This document shows positions 23,834 through 35,292 of a stretch of DNA of 64,000 nt, one piece after another (position 1 is the first letter of the stretch; the number at the start of each line of letters is the position of its first letter). The notes under the pieces were generated by a model. That model was not told the origin of the DNA. It ran no database searches and worked only from the letters and a program-made list of their open reading frames with translations. This DNA is from an uncultured Flavobacteriales bacterium (GTDB lineage Bacteria; Bacteroidota; Bacteroidia; Flavobacteriales_F; PHOS-HE28), in assembly GCA_963814325.1 (NCBI GenBank), contig CAWFCK010000001.1, forward strand, positions 306,880-370,879, written 5' to 3'. The position numbers were made by a program, and so were the translations under genes.

Positions 23834-26323
23834 TCACATGGGATCCACGTCCACCACGAGGTGCACGGCGCGGTGCGCTTCTTCGGCGAACAGCCGGTCG
23901 ATGGTGTCGCTGAGGAATTCCTTCTCCGCACGATAGTGGCTGCGGTCCAGCTTGAGCAGGATGGAACGCAGGTGCTTGTCGCGCACGCGGGCCACGGGCG
24001 GCGGCTCGGGCCCGAGCACGCGATCGCCGAAGCGTTCGCGCAGCATGCTTGCGAGCACGTTGGCCTGGTGGTCACACGCTCCTCCAACGCGATGCTTCAG
24101 CGTGATCGCCACCAGCCGCGTGAACGGCGGATAAGCCATGCGCGCGGCGATTTCCAGTTCGCGCGTCGTACATGCCGTCCGTATCATGCGCCGTGACCAG
24201 TCCGATGACCGGGTGGTGGATGTCGCGCGCTTGGATGTACACCGTGCCGGGATCGCGCTTGCGACCGCTTCTGCCCGCCACTTGTGACATCAGTTGGAAG
24301 GCCCGTTCATGCGCGCGCAGGTCCGGGAAGCGCAACAGGTGGTCGGCGTTGACGATGCCCACGATGGTCACCTGATCGAAGTCGAGGCCCTTGGTCACCA
24401 TCTGCGTGCCCACGAGCATATCCACGGCCGCCTTCGCCGAAGCGTGACAGGATGCGCTCGAACGCATGCTTGCCGCGCGTGGTGTCCTGGTCCATGCGGG
24501 CGATGCGCGCATCCGGCAGGAGCAACGCGAGTTCCTCCTCGATCTTCTCCGTGCCGAAACCCAGCATGCGCAGGCGGTTGCTGCCGCAAGCCGCGCAGCG
24601 CACCGGCGGTGGGTAGCTCCTGCCGCAATAGTGACAGCGCAGGCCGTGCTGCTGCTTGTGGTAGGTGAGGCTCATATCGCAATGCTCGCATTCGGGTATC
24701 CATCCGCAGGTCTCGCATTGCCACACGGGCACATAGCCGCGGCGGTTCTGGAACACGATCGCCTGCTCTTTCCGCGCGATGGCCTGCTTCGATGCCCTTC
24801 AGCATCACATCGCTGAAGTAGCCCCGCATCTGTCTTGCGTTTCTGCGCGTCGGCGATGTCCACGCGTTCCACTTTCGGGAGCACCGCTTCGCCATGCCGC
24901 ACGAGCAGTTCGGCCAGGCCGTACTTGCCGTGGTGCGCATTGAAGAAGCTCTCCATGCTGGGCGTGGCGGAGCCGAGCACCACGCGGCGCACCGGCGGCC
25001 AGCGCCAGCACGATGGCCATGTCGCGCGCGTTGTAGCGCGGTGAGGGTTCGTGCTGTTTGTAGCTCGCGTCGTGCTCCTCGTCCACGACACCAAGCCGAG
25101 CTTATTGAAGGGCAGGAAGAGCGCAGAGCGCGCGCCGACCATCAGCGGATGGCCGGCCGGATCGTTCAACATGCCGCAGCCACAGCTCGGTGCGTTCGCG
25201 CGGCGAAAGGCGTGAGTGGAACACGCTGACGCGATCACCGAAGCGGTCGCGCAAACGCCCGATCACCTGTGTGGTGAGCGCGATCTCCGGCAGCAGGTAC
25301 AAGGTCTGTTCGCCGCGCTCCATGGCCTGCGGCGATCAGCTCCATGTACAGCTCCGTCTTCCCGGAGGCGGTGACGCCGTGCAGCAGGCAAACCGGTTTG
25401 TCGTGTCAAAGCGCGCGTGCAGTTCGGTCCAGTGCTGGTGCGCTGTGCGGGCGAAAGTTCTTTCCGCCTTCCCGGTGCCGGATGGCGGAGGTGGGCGCCC
25501 CGGCGGTGCGTTCGTACATTTCGAAGAGCCCCTTCTCCACAAGCTTCTTCAAATGGGCCGCGTGGTTCCGTGGAGCGCAGGAGTTGCATCGCGTTTCACT
25601 TCGCGCGGGCTCGTCGCTCAGGCAGCGGCTCGTTTCCACGTAGCGCATCAGCAGCGCCAGGAGCTTCGGTGCGCGTTCTCCAGCTTGTCGAACCAGGCGT
25701 GCAGCGCCTGCTTCCGCTGGACGCTGCGGGCGTCAAGCTTCACGAAGCGGTCCATCCGGGGCGTGAAGCTGCTCACCGATCTCCTCGGCGATGCAGCAGG
25801 GTGCCTCGCTCGAGCATCCGCTTGATCACGGGCATGGGGTCGCTTCAGGCCCAGCAGCTTGCCGGCATCGCCGAGGTTCAGTTCCTGGCGCTGTTCCAGC
25901 GCGTCGATCAGTATGTCGTGCTTCGCGTTGCCCGGTCCAGTGCGCGCGGGCCTGCGGCTGGCGCCGCACCAGCCGTGTTTCGCTGCTGAGCACCAGTGCT
26001 CCGGGCATGCGCGGCGAGCATCACCTCGCCCAGCTGCACATGTAATGCTCGCTGATGCGCTCCCACAGTTCCATCTGTCTTCCGTGGCGATCAGGGCATG
26101 ATCATCGAGCACGCTGAAAGCACGCTGCGCGGAGAGCGATGCAAGGGCGGCCTCCGCGTGCAACCTGCCGCACCACGGCACTGAATACATCTTGCGGCCC
26201 GTGCCGAAGGGCACCACCACACGGTGGCCCGGGCAGCACGCGCGCCGTGAGTTCCTCCGGCACTTCGTACGTGAAGAGGCCCGGGTACCGCCAGCGGCAG
26301 GATGAGGTCGGCGAAGGGGGCAC
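23834..26323 (-). CDS. priA: Primosomal protein N' / replication restart helicase PriA, heavily frameshifted (at least 8 indels) as assembled
   Basis: The minus-strand fragments are collinear with PriA. The N-terminus reads FADLILPLAVPG|LFTYEVPEELTARVLPG|HRVVVPFGTGRKMYS (26102..26440 / 25648..26649). The Walker A region reads LLHGVTASGKTELYMELI. Next come ERGEQTLYLLPEIALTTQVIGRLRDRFGDRVSVFHSRLSPRERTELW (25102..25323) and VVLGSATPSMES. The Cys-rich zinc region reads FQNRRGYVPVWQCETCGWIPECEHCDMSLTYHKQQHGLRCHYCG...RCAACGS (24307..24756). Further on: LVGTQMVTKGLDFDQVTIVGIVNADHLL...SQVAGRSGR, and the C-terminus in 23834..24187. The start is approximate (a GTG near 26323, in a C-run). Confidence 0.85.
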
Positions 26324-26716
26324 GGCGGACGCAAGTTTACTCGCCGGACCCGTGATGCATCCGGAAAGAAGCCGTCGTTGTCTAGGGGTGGTTGGACCGG
26401 TCGAGCGGAAGGCGGTCCGTTGGCGGGGGCGAAGCAACATTTCGCGTCCCGGGCGTGTCTGTTACATGGAGCACGGCTCCGGACACATGAACAACGAAGG
26501 ACAAGAACACGAAGAAGGCGGACGATCGGTCGGTCTATGACCTGAGCACACCCATCCTGGACAGGTACTATCGGCGGATGCGTAAGCACATACGGTTCCC
26601 GCGGTACTACAAGAAGGCGTTGAACTGGTAGGGTGCCACGGATACGCAACGATCGTCGGCGCGGAGTCGACGACGGAGGCTGCTATCTTGCGCTGCTCCC
26701 AACCATCCAACGTTTC

Positions 26717-29465
26717 ATGACATCCATCCCGTACGCTTCCTGTCTCGCCGCTCTTGCGTACCGCTCTTCGCGCTGGCGCAATCCGGGGCGAACTGCATCA
26801 ATTCCATCCCGTCACCGAGGGCAATACACGGCCCAGGCGGACAACTACTGGTACAGGTTCGTTCCGAACGGTGACCGGCGTGTACCATCTGTCCACCTGC
26901 GAGCTGGTGACCTGCGACACCAAGATCTGGGTATACAGCTACTGCGCCGGCCTGGTGGTGGATGAAGGTGGGCCTAACGCGCTGGCCTACAACGATGATG
27001 CCTGTGGCCGAACGGCTGCACACAGGTGGACTCCGTGGCTCACGGCAGGGGAGACCTACTACATCCGCATCGGCGACTACCAGGACGCGCTGCGGCTGGT
27101 GCCCCGGTGACCTGGCAGATCTATTCGGACACGACACCACCACCACCGACATGTGGGGCTGGGGGAATCGCTTGTTGAGCCGTTGCCATCGAGCCTGATC
27201 AGTTCGCCAATGAGCTGGAGTTCACCGTGAGCGAAGGGCGGGGACGGTCATCCTTTCGCGGCGGCTACCTCGGTGGATCCGTCTGTTTCGATAGTGCCAC
27301 CTGCGTGGTCTTCACGATCAACGGATGACTACGGTGATGGCATCGCGCCGCCTGGCGGCATCTGGCTGCCGGTGGACAGCGTCGTGGAGGTGGACAGCAT
27401 CGTCGGGCAACTTCGGTCCTCGGAGATCCGTGAATCGGATTGCCCGGAGGGATTCAGTTGTGTGTCGCGCGATCGACGTTCCCGAGGGCGCCCACACCGC
27501 GCCTGCTGCCGAGACCTGGTACACCTTCACGCCCGCACAGACCGGGTTCTATGCCATTTCCACCTGCACGGGCAACACCTGCGACACGCGCATCTGGTTG
27601 TACGATCATTGCCAGGACCTGCTGGTGACCGACAACAACGAGGGCACCATTTACTACAGCGACAATGAATGCGGGCAGCAGGCCAACATCGGCGCCGCCA
27701 TGCTGGCATCAATGCCAGACGTACTGGATCCGCATCGGTGACAACGGCGCGGGCTGTCGCGGGAGCGATCAATGGAGCATCACACTACAATGGCCCGGTG
27801 AGCGGATGCACGGATACCGAACGCGTGCAACTACGACCCGTTCGCCACCATCGACGATGGCAGCTGCCTGCAGCCCGGCGATCCGGACTGCCCGGACGGA
27901 CCGGACCTGCTGATCGTGCAGAGCTCGTTCCAGAACTCCATCTATGGGCAGATCCTCACGGTGAACCCGAACAACTGCTACATCAGCGAAGGCTGCTTCA
28001 ATGGCTTCGGCGACCGCGAGATCATCCGCTTCACCACACACATCAAGAACGATCGGCAACGCAGGACTACTATATCGGTGCGCCTGGAGCGAACCCCAGC
28101 CAGTTCACCTTCGGCAACTGCCACGGCCACTGGCACTACAAGGGTTACGCGGAATACATCCTCTTCGACACCACGGCCAGGAGGTGGTGAACGGTTTCAA
28201 GAACGGCTTCTGCGTGCTGGACCTGGAGTGCAGCGGCGGTGGAGCAGCGCAGTACGGTTGCAACAACATGGGCATCAGCCCGGTTGCGGTGACATCTATG
28301 GCAGCAGGCCTGGATTGCCAATGGATCGATGTGACCGGCATCCCGGAAGGGCGACTACATCCTGGTGGTGCGCTGCAACTGGGACAACAGATCCGGACGC
28401 GCTCGGGCCGCGTGGAGACTAACCACGTGAACAACTGGGCGCAGGTGTGCATCGAAGTCGGTGCGCAACCCCGACTTCTCGGTGACGTCAACACGAACTG
28501 CGAGCCCTACGTGGATTGCGCGGGCAGGTCTTACGGCAGCGCCCAGATGGACTGTGAAGGCGTTTGCAACGGCAGCCGCCTGATCGGCGACCTGGACATG
28601 GACAACGACCAGGACTACACCGATGCGCAGGACTATATCGAACGGCATCCTGGGCAACGACATCAGTGCGTTGAGCTGCAACGATGCCAATGCCGATGGC
28701 CGAGATCACGGTGACGGATGCTGCGATGGTGGCCAACTGCCGATACTGGAACCTGGCCTTCGAAGACCCGGACAGCAGCGGCACGCACGACCACTGCAAC
28801 TTCCCCAAGCCCCATGTGGTGAACCCGTACGACTCGGTGATCTTCACCATCGGCGCGTTCGACCTGGGCCAGGGCTACTTGGATGTGTACATGCGGAATC
28901 CCGAATCTGCGCACGGTGGGGTATGAACTGTTGTTCAGCGGCATCGAGATCACCACCGTGGAGAACCTGGCCGATCCGGGAGACTACCCGGTAACGCCGC
29001 AGGCCAGCTTCGGCGGCCAACGCGTCATCTCCGTTTCGTACGTGGATTCGAGCATCGCGCGCAGCACCACCTTCCAGCCAGCTGTGCGTGTGTACTTCAC
29101 CAACCCCCAGAGCGTGATCTGCATCGCCGAGGTGGTGGATGTGGTGAACGAGACCTACACCAACTCCACCACGGCGCTGCAGGACGCGTGCATCCTGAGC
29201 ACCGGGCTGGCCGCGCCGTTGGCGGCAGCGGGTGTGAGGGCACTTCCGAACCCCTTCGTGGAAAGCACGGTGGTCACCTTTCACCAAGCAAGTTCGGGAG
29301 CCGCGGCGGTGGAGCTGTTGGACCTGCAGGGCCGCGTGGTACGATCCTATGCGGGTGTAAAAGGCGGGCGGCTGGTGATCCGAACGTGGCGACCTCGCGC
29401 CGGGCACCTACTATGTTCGCATTATTGGTGCTGTTTCCCCTGCTGGCAGGCTGGTGGTGGAGTAG
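26717..29465 (+). CDS. T9SS-sorted secreted protein with two PPC-like modules, a lysyl-oxidase-like (LOX) catalytic domain and a dockerin-like Ca-binding repeat; heavily frameshifted
   Basis: Signal peptide MTSIPYASCLAALA... at 26717. The PPC-like modules include WYRF..TGVYHLSTCELVTCDTKIWVYSYC...AYNDDACG...GETYYIRIGDY and WYTFTPAQTGFYAISTCTGNTCDTRIWLYDHC. A CTDxxACNYDPFATIDDGSC linker follows. The LOX-like block reads FTFGNCHGHWHYKGYAEYILFD (28101..28165), GFKNGFCVLDLEC...YGCNNMGISPGCGDIYG..LDCQWIDVTGIPEG, and ETNHVNNWAQVCIEV. The dockerin-like repeat reads GDLDMDNDQDYTDAQDY...CNDANADGEITVTDAAMV. The C-terminal T9SS domain reads VRALPNPFVESTVVTFHQ...VELLDLQGRVVRSY...GTYYVRI...GRLVVE* (stop at 29463..29465). 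Confidence 0.75.
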
Positions 29466-29578
29466 GCCTGGCGGTCAGCTTCATCCTGGTTTGTTGAAAA
29501 GTGCCGGTACTATCCAACAGGTCACCCCTGCATGCATCTACATTCGTTGCCGAACTCAACCCCCCCAGCGCTCCAGTC

Positions 29579-30485
29579 ATGGCGCATACCTATCTCAAAT
29601 CCGCTCTGGTAGCGGCTCTCGTCCTGGCCTTGCAGGCCTGTGGCGGAGATCAACAGCCGGCCGAAGGTCAACCCTCGGACAAGGACACGCTCGACACGGC
29701 CGCTGCGCGCACCGATGGTGGCGTGGTGAAAGTGGGTGGCCAGATCGTTGCTGTGCCTTCTCCCGTGCAGACCGCCCTGCTGATCAAAAAACTCGGACTC
29801 CCTTACGAAAAGGAGCTGCCATTGGACGCGGGCGTGCTGGAGAAGCTGGCCACCAGCGACCAGCATGCGCTGGCTTTGGGGGCTTTCGGAGCCGACCTGG
29901 CCTATGTGACGGTGCACCGCGATGGTCAGCGCGCGCTGACCATCCTGCAAACGATCCAGACGCTGAGCGGCAAGTTGGAGCTGAGCAACGCCTTTGATCA
30001 AGGGCTGCTGGACAACTTCAAGCAGAGCCTGAACAATGAGGACAGCCTGCTGCGGTTCTCCGGCACGGCCTACCGCGCCGCTGACCAATACCTGAAGAAC
30101 AATGACCGCAACGTGGTGAGCAGCTCTGGTGCTGGCCGGCGGGTGGATCGAGAGCATGTACCTCACCGTGAGCGGTGCAGGTGCCAAGCCCGATGCCGCG
30201 CTGATGAGCCGCCTGGGCGAGCAGCGCAGGACCCTGACCGCACTGGTGGCCATGTTCGAGCAGGGTGAAGCGGCCAAAGGCCGCGAGAATTTGCTGGCCG
30301 GCCTGAAAGACCTGCTCAAGGAGTATGATGGCGTTACCACCACCTACCAGTTCCAGCCTCCCACCGTGGACGCCGCCAAGAAGACCACTTACATCAACAG
30401 CGCATCCACCGTCGCCATGGCCCCTGAAAAGTTCGCGGCCATCGCAACCAAGGTGAAGGCTCTCCGTACCACGATCACCGCCTGA
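29579..30485 (+). CDS. Hypothetical lipoprotein (one frameshift near 30125)
   Basis: MAHTYLKSALVAALVLALQACGGDQQ carries a lipobox. ORF 29501..30268 continues in ORF 30129..30485 (...LAGGWIESMYLTVSGAG...KVKALRTTITA*). Confidence 0.55.
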
Positions 30486-30489
30486 TCAT

Positions 30490-30909
30490 ATGCGCAAGAC
30501 GACGCACCTTCTTATCCTGGCCGCTTTCCTGTTGATCGGGTCCGTGGCGAACGCTCAGTGCGACACCATCGCCAGTGTCTGTGAGAAGCACATCTCGGAG
30601 GCCTATATCCCCGACGGTCAGTTCTACCGCGCCCTGCTGCGCGAGGATGAAGTGGCCGAGTTCGGCCTCACGCTCTATGGAGGCACCACGTACCGTGTGG
30701 CCGCCTGCAGCGGATTGAACGATGGGAACCTGGTCTTCAGTGTATATGACAAGGACCGCAACCTGTTGTACACGAACAAGGAGTTCAACAACGATCCGTA
30801 CTGGGACCTGGTGATCGGCAACACGATCGATGTGACCATGGAGGCCCAACTGGACCCCAGCAAAGCAGGCTCCGGATGCGCCGTGCTGCTCATCGGCTTC
30901 AAGAAGTGA
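30490..30909 (+). CDS. Hypothetical small secreted protein
   Basis: Intact 139-aa ORF with signal peptide MRKTTHLLILAAFLLIGSVANAQC. It starts 5 nt after the upstream stop, so it is probably co-transcribed. Confidence 0.6.
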   Translation: MRKTTHLLILAAFLLIGSVANAQCDTIASVCEKHISEAYIPDGQFYRALLREDEVAEFGLTLYGGTTYRVAACSGLNDGNLVFSVYDKDRNLLYTNKEFNNDPYWDLVIGNTIDVTMEAQLDPSKAGSGCAVLLIGFKK

Positions 30910-30953
30910 CCCTTCGCGGGCACTGACCGTCCCGCTCTTCCTGCAACCTTACC

Positions 30954-30986
30954 AGCGGCCCTCCCGTAAAGAGGGCTGCTCTTTTT
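30954..30986 (+). terminator. Rho-independent terminator after 30490..30909
   Basis: AGCGGCCCTC (30954..30963), loop CCGTAAA, GAGGGCTGCT (30971..30980; one mismatch), then CTTTTT. Confidence 0.6.
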
Positions 30987-31017
30987 GGGTCCTGACCCTG
31001 GAAGGCGCATGTGACAG

Positions 31018-34000
31018 ATGAGCGAGAAGATACTCAAGGCCCTCTTACAGCTGTTCGCGATCATCGCGAAAGTGGACGGATCCACGGCGGCGAGCCGCAG
31101 CGGTGCGTCCGTTGCCCGTTTCCTGCGTCAGCAGTTCACGCCGGACCAGGCCGCGGCCCACATGGCCGTGTTCGAGAGCTTCGTGATGGCCTTTCACAGC
31201 AGCGGTGGCGCCTCCTCGCAGGGCCGTAAGCGCACCAGCCTCAACAGCGTGAAGGTGTTGAAGATCTGTGCGCAGGTGAACGAAGAGCTGACGCAGCGAC
31301 AGAAGTTCATCGTGCTGGTGCACCTGCTGGAACTGATCCACTCCGATGGCGAGGTGGGCGAGCAGGAGCAGGAGTTCGTGAGCACCGTGGCCGAATCATT
31401 CAACATCCAGCACGCGGAATTCCAGCGCTGCCAGGCCTTCGTTCAGGCGGAAGCAGCGACGGCAGGACAGCCGAGGACATGCTGTACATCGATGCGGCGC
31501 ATGAAGCCGCAACGGAGAAGGCGCGCCACCTCCATGCCCACGGACTCAAGGGCGAAATGCGTGTGCTGCACGTATCCAGCGTGGCCCTGTATCTGATGCG
31601 CTACAGTGGCGAGGACCGCGTGTTGCTCAACGGCCAGCCGATCCACCGCGACCAGGCCTATGTACTGAGCAACGGCGCATCGGTGCGTCCGCCGAACGGC
31701 CAGCCGATCTATTACAGCGATATGCTCTCCAGCTTCATGCACCGCGAAGGCGGCGACAGGCTGGTGTTCAAGGCCGACTCCATCGAGTACGCCTTCCCCA
31801 ACGGGCGCATCGGCCTGCATGAGCTGCACATGGCCGAAACGAGCGGCAAGCTCATCGGCATCATGGGCGGCAGCGGCAGTGGCAAGAGCACGCTGTTGAA
31901 CGTGCTGAACGGCAACCTGAAGCCCAGCAAGGGGCACATCACCATCAATGGCATAGATGTGCACACCCAGAGCGATCTGATCCGCGGTGTCATCGGCCAC
32001 GTGAGCCAGGATGACCTGTTGATCGAGGAGCTCACCGTGTTCCAGAACCTCTTCTTCAACGCCAAGCTCTGCTTCGGCGACCAGACGGACGAGAAGATCA
32101 CCGAGCGCGTGATTGCGCCTTCTGCAAACGCTCGGCCTGTACGAAACGAAGGACCTGAAGGTGGGCAGCCCCTGGAGAAGACCATCAGCGGTGGCCAGCG
32201 CAAGCGCTTGAACATCGCCCTGGAACTGATCCGCGAGCCCAGCGTGCTCTTCGTTGACGAGCCCACCAGCGGCCTCAGCAGCCGGGACAGCGAGCACATC
32301 ATGGACCTGCTGAAGGAGCTCGCGTTGAAGGGCCGCATCGTGTTCGTGGTGATCCACCAGCCCTGCTCGGAGATCTTCAAGCTCTTCGACCGCTTGTTGC
32401 TGATGGACCAGGAAGGTCACCCCGTTTACTACGGCGATCCCGTGGATGCCGTGGTGTATTTCAAGAAGGTGACGGGCCAGGTGAACAGCGAGGTGGGCCA
32501 GTGCGATGCCTGCGGCAACGTGAACCCCGAGCAGATCTTCGACATCCTCGAAGCCCGCATCGTTGACGAGTACGGCAACGAAACCGATCAGCGGCGCATC
32601 AGCCCCGAGGCCTGGAACGAAGTGTTCCGCGCGCAGATGGAGGTGCGCGTGGGGCGTGTGGCGGATGGCAAGACCGTGCCGAAGAGCACGTTCAAGGCGC
32701 CCGACAAGTTCAAGCAGATGCTCGGTGTTCTTCCAGCGCGACCTGCTAAGCAAGCTGGCCAACCGCCAGTACGTGCTGATCAACATGCTCGAGGCGCCTG
32801 CACTCGCCTTCGTCATGGCCTTCTTCCTGCGCTACCACCGCTCGCGTGCCGGGTGATGCGGGCGAGTACATCTTCCGCCAGAACGACAACATCCCGCAGT
32901 ACCTCTTCATCGCGGTGATCGTCGCGCTCTTCCTGGGCCTCACCGTGGCGGCCGAGGAGATCATCCGCGACAAGAAGATCATCCAGCGCGAAAAGTTCCT
33001 GTCCTGAGCCGGAGCAGTTATCTCCTGAGCAAGATCGGGCTGCTCTTCATCATCAGTGCCATCCAGACCCTGCTGTTCACGCTCGTGGGCGATCAGGTGC
33101 TGGGCATCCACGGATTCACGCTGGTGCATTGGGCCGTGTTCTTCTCCACAGCCTGCTTCGCCAACGTCCTCGGCCTCAACGTGAGCGCCAGCTTCAACAG
33201 TGCCAAGGTGATCTACATCATCATCCCGGTGCTGATCATCCCGCAGCTGCTGTTCAGTGGCATCATCGTGCGCTTCGACAAGCTGCATCCCGTTCTTCGC
33301 GAGCGAAAAGAGCGTGCCGTGGATCGGTAACATCATGGCGAGCCGCTGGGCCTACGAAGGCCTCGCCGTGTCGCAGTACAAGGACAACGAATACGAGCGT
33401 CTCTTCTACGACTTCGACCAGCGCATGAAGACGGCGAACTGGAAGAAGGACCTGTGGGTGCGCGACCTGCAGGACCGCAGTGCCACCTTGCGCCGCGCGT
33501 TGCACAAGGGCGATGACCTGCGCCAGAACATGCTATGACATCGGCCTGATCCGCGTGGAGATGGCCAAGGAGACTGCGGGCGCATCAACGGCTTGAAGTT
33601 CGATGGTCTGTCCAAGTTCACCCCGGCCGAGCTACAGGAGCCTGTGCTGGATGACCTCGACGCCGTGCTGAACACCTTGACGACGCATTACCGCAACACC
33701 TACAAATCGGCCGAACGCGAGAAGGAGGCCTTGATCGCCAGCATGACCGCCACACCGGCGTTGCGCAAGAGCTACTTCGAACTGCTCGACCACCAGCGCA
33801 ACGAGAGCCTGGCCGATCATGTGACCAACAAGAACGACGTGAACGTGATCGCGGAATCGGGTGGCGAACTGGTGCAGAAGAGCGACCCCATCTACGTGGA
33901 ACCGCGTGAAGGCGGCTTCTTCGCCGCGCACTTCTACGCTCCCGTGAAGCGCATCTTCGGCGACAGCGTGCAGACGCCCTGGGCCAACATCGGCTTCATC

Positions 34001-34099
34001 TGGGTGATGACCGCCCTGCTCGCCCTGGCATTGAAATGGAACTTCTTCCCCTGGTTGGTGGAGCGTGTGAGCACCAAGCCCTGGGAGCGAACGCCGTGA
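31018..34099 (+). CDS. Fusion ABC transporter: TerB-like N-domain + ABC ATPase + ABC-2-type permease (~1,027 aa), frameshifted several times
   Basis: The N-terminus is TerB-like: LLQLFAIIAKVDGSTAA...KFIVLVHLLELIHSDGEVGEQEQEFVSTVAESFNI. The ATPase has Walker A GIMGGSGSGKSTLLNVL, signature ISGGQRKRLNIALELI and Walker B SVLFVDEPTSGLS, followed by VIHQP. The permease pieces lie in 32563..32856, 33085..33330 and 33257..33538 (LSRSSYLLSKIGLLFIISAIQTLLFTLVG...IIIPVLIIPQLLFSG...NIMASRWAYEGLAV). The C-terminal part is in 33593..34099. Confidence 0.8.
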
Positions 34100-34122
34100 G
34101 GTGCTTCGCGATAACGGATAAC

Positions 34123-34151
34123 AAAGAACCCGGCCATTGGCCGGGTTCTTT
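34123..34151. terminator. Bidirectional terminator hairpin between convergent genes
   Basis: AAAGAACCCGGCC / GGCCGGGTTCTTT (13-bp stem), flanked by an A run on one side and a T run on the other. It lies between the stops at 34099 (+) and 34172 (-). Confidence 0.6.
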
Positions 34152-34171
34152 CATTTCAGGGTGGCTGGCGA

Positions 34172-34570
34172 TCAGGAGTTCGCTCCGTCGACCTCCTCGA
34201 TCTGGATCATCTTGAAGGGGATGTTGATGATGGCCTGGTAGTCCTCACCGGCCTCCAGCATATCCTCATCGTCCTGCTCGTAGTGCCACAGCACGGCGAC
34301 CTCATTCCCGGTGGTGCGCACCAGTTCGAGCTTCTTGAACACGTCCAGGATGCACTTGCTGCTGCTGGTGTTGAAGTACTCCAGCTGCACGTGCAGGACG
34401 GTCTTCGGCTTGGGGTCGCGCGCGTAGCGGTCGATCCAGTCGATCAGGGGTTTGTAGAACTCGATGCTGTTCTCCGGAATGCTGCGGCCCTTGAGCTCGA
34501 GCAGGCCGGTGTTGTCGTCGAAGTTGACGGTGGGGGTCTTTGAGGGTCCTTCGAGTATGATAGCTGCCAT
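34172..34570 (-). CDS. DUF1987 / SiaC-family regulatory protein
   Basis: Intact 132-aa ORF: ...PTVNFDDNTGLLELKGRSIPENSIEFYKPLIDWIDRY...LHVQLEYFNTSSSKCILDVFKKLE...VLWHYEQDDEDMLEAGEDY. This matches my recollection of the SiaC/DUF1987 pattern. Confidence 0.8.
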   Translation of the reverse strand: MAAIILEGPSKTPTVNFDDNTGLLELKGRSIPENSIEFYKPLIDWIDRYARDPKPKTVLHVQLEYFNTSSSKCILDVFKKLELVRTTGNEVAVLWHYEQDDEDMLEAGEDYQAIINIPFKMIQIEEVDGANS

Positions 34571-34581
34571 GGCAGATGTGT

Positions 34582-35141
34582 TCAGGTGGTCACGTTCACG
34601 TTCAAGCTGAAGAAGGCGTTCTTCTCATCCAGCGGTACGAAATCCGTATTCAAGTTTACGGCCACTTTTCCGTGCAATGTCGATAATGCCCAAACCGCCC
34701 CCCCCAGCGCGACCATAGCGGCCGTTGTTCAGGGTCTGTTTGTACAGGTCGCGCAACTCGACCGGATCACAATCGTTGATCCGGTCCAGGTGCGCAACTA
34801 AGCCCCGAGACCTCGTCACTCGCCATGAAGTTACCGGTAAGCACGGAATAGCCACGCTCGTTGTGACCGATCATCACCACCCCCTGTGCCGGGGCGTCCG
34901 CCCATTGGTCGTCGGCGAGCGAGGCCACTTTCACGTTGTGGTGATAGAGGTTCTGGAGGCATTCCATCACCACGTTGAACACGCGTTTGCGCGCCTGGGC
35001 ATCGGGTTCCATGGCCTCCATCTTGCGCTCGACCAGGGCCAACAGGGCCGTTACCAGTTCCGGTGAGAGGTCCCCCTTGAACGAAAGCATGATCCGCTGT
35101 TTCTCCAGGGAATCGTACAGATCGTAGACGTGTTCGAGCAT
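34582..35141 (-). CDS. SiaB-like (DUF6272) GHKL-ATPase-fold protein kinase; two frameshifts
   Basis: MLEHVYDLYDSLEKQRIMLSFKGDLSPELVTALLALVERKM...KRVFNVVMECLQNLYHH (34767..35246). It continues ...LRDLYKQTLNNGRYGRAGGGGLGIIDIARKSGRKLEYGF (34625..34855), then shifts frame to VPLDEKNAFFSLNVNVTT* (stop at 34582..34584). It ends 12 nt upstream of the SiaC-like start. Confidence 0.65.
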
Positions 35142-35292
35142 TGTGCGGCCGGAAAAGTGGACGCTGGAACAAAGGAATCCGCGTGGATGCGGCATGTAAG
35201 GCGCCCGGCACCGGAGTTTTCCACGCAGTTGTGAACGCATCGGCACAGCCGCCGGAGCGCTTCACGTACTTTCGACGGCTTTTCAGTGCGGC

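Noticed and set aside
26470-26631. Short Arg/Tyr-rich ORF pieces (…DRSVYDLSTPILDRYYRRMRKHIRFPRYYKKALNW*) between priA and the LOX-like gene
   Set aside because: The pieces need a frameshift to obtain a start codon. No family was recognised. They lie in a divergent promoter region. The evidence is insufficient to call a gene.
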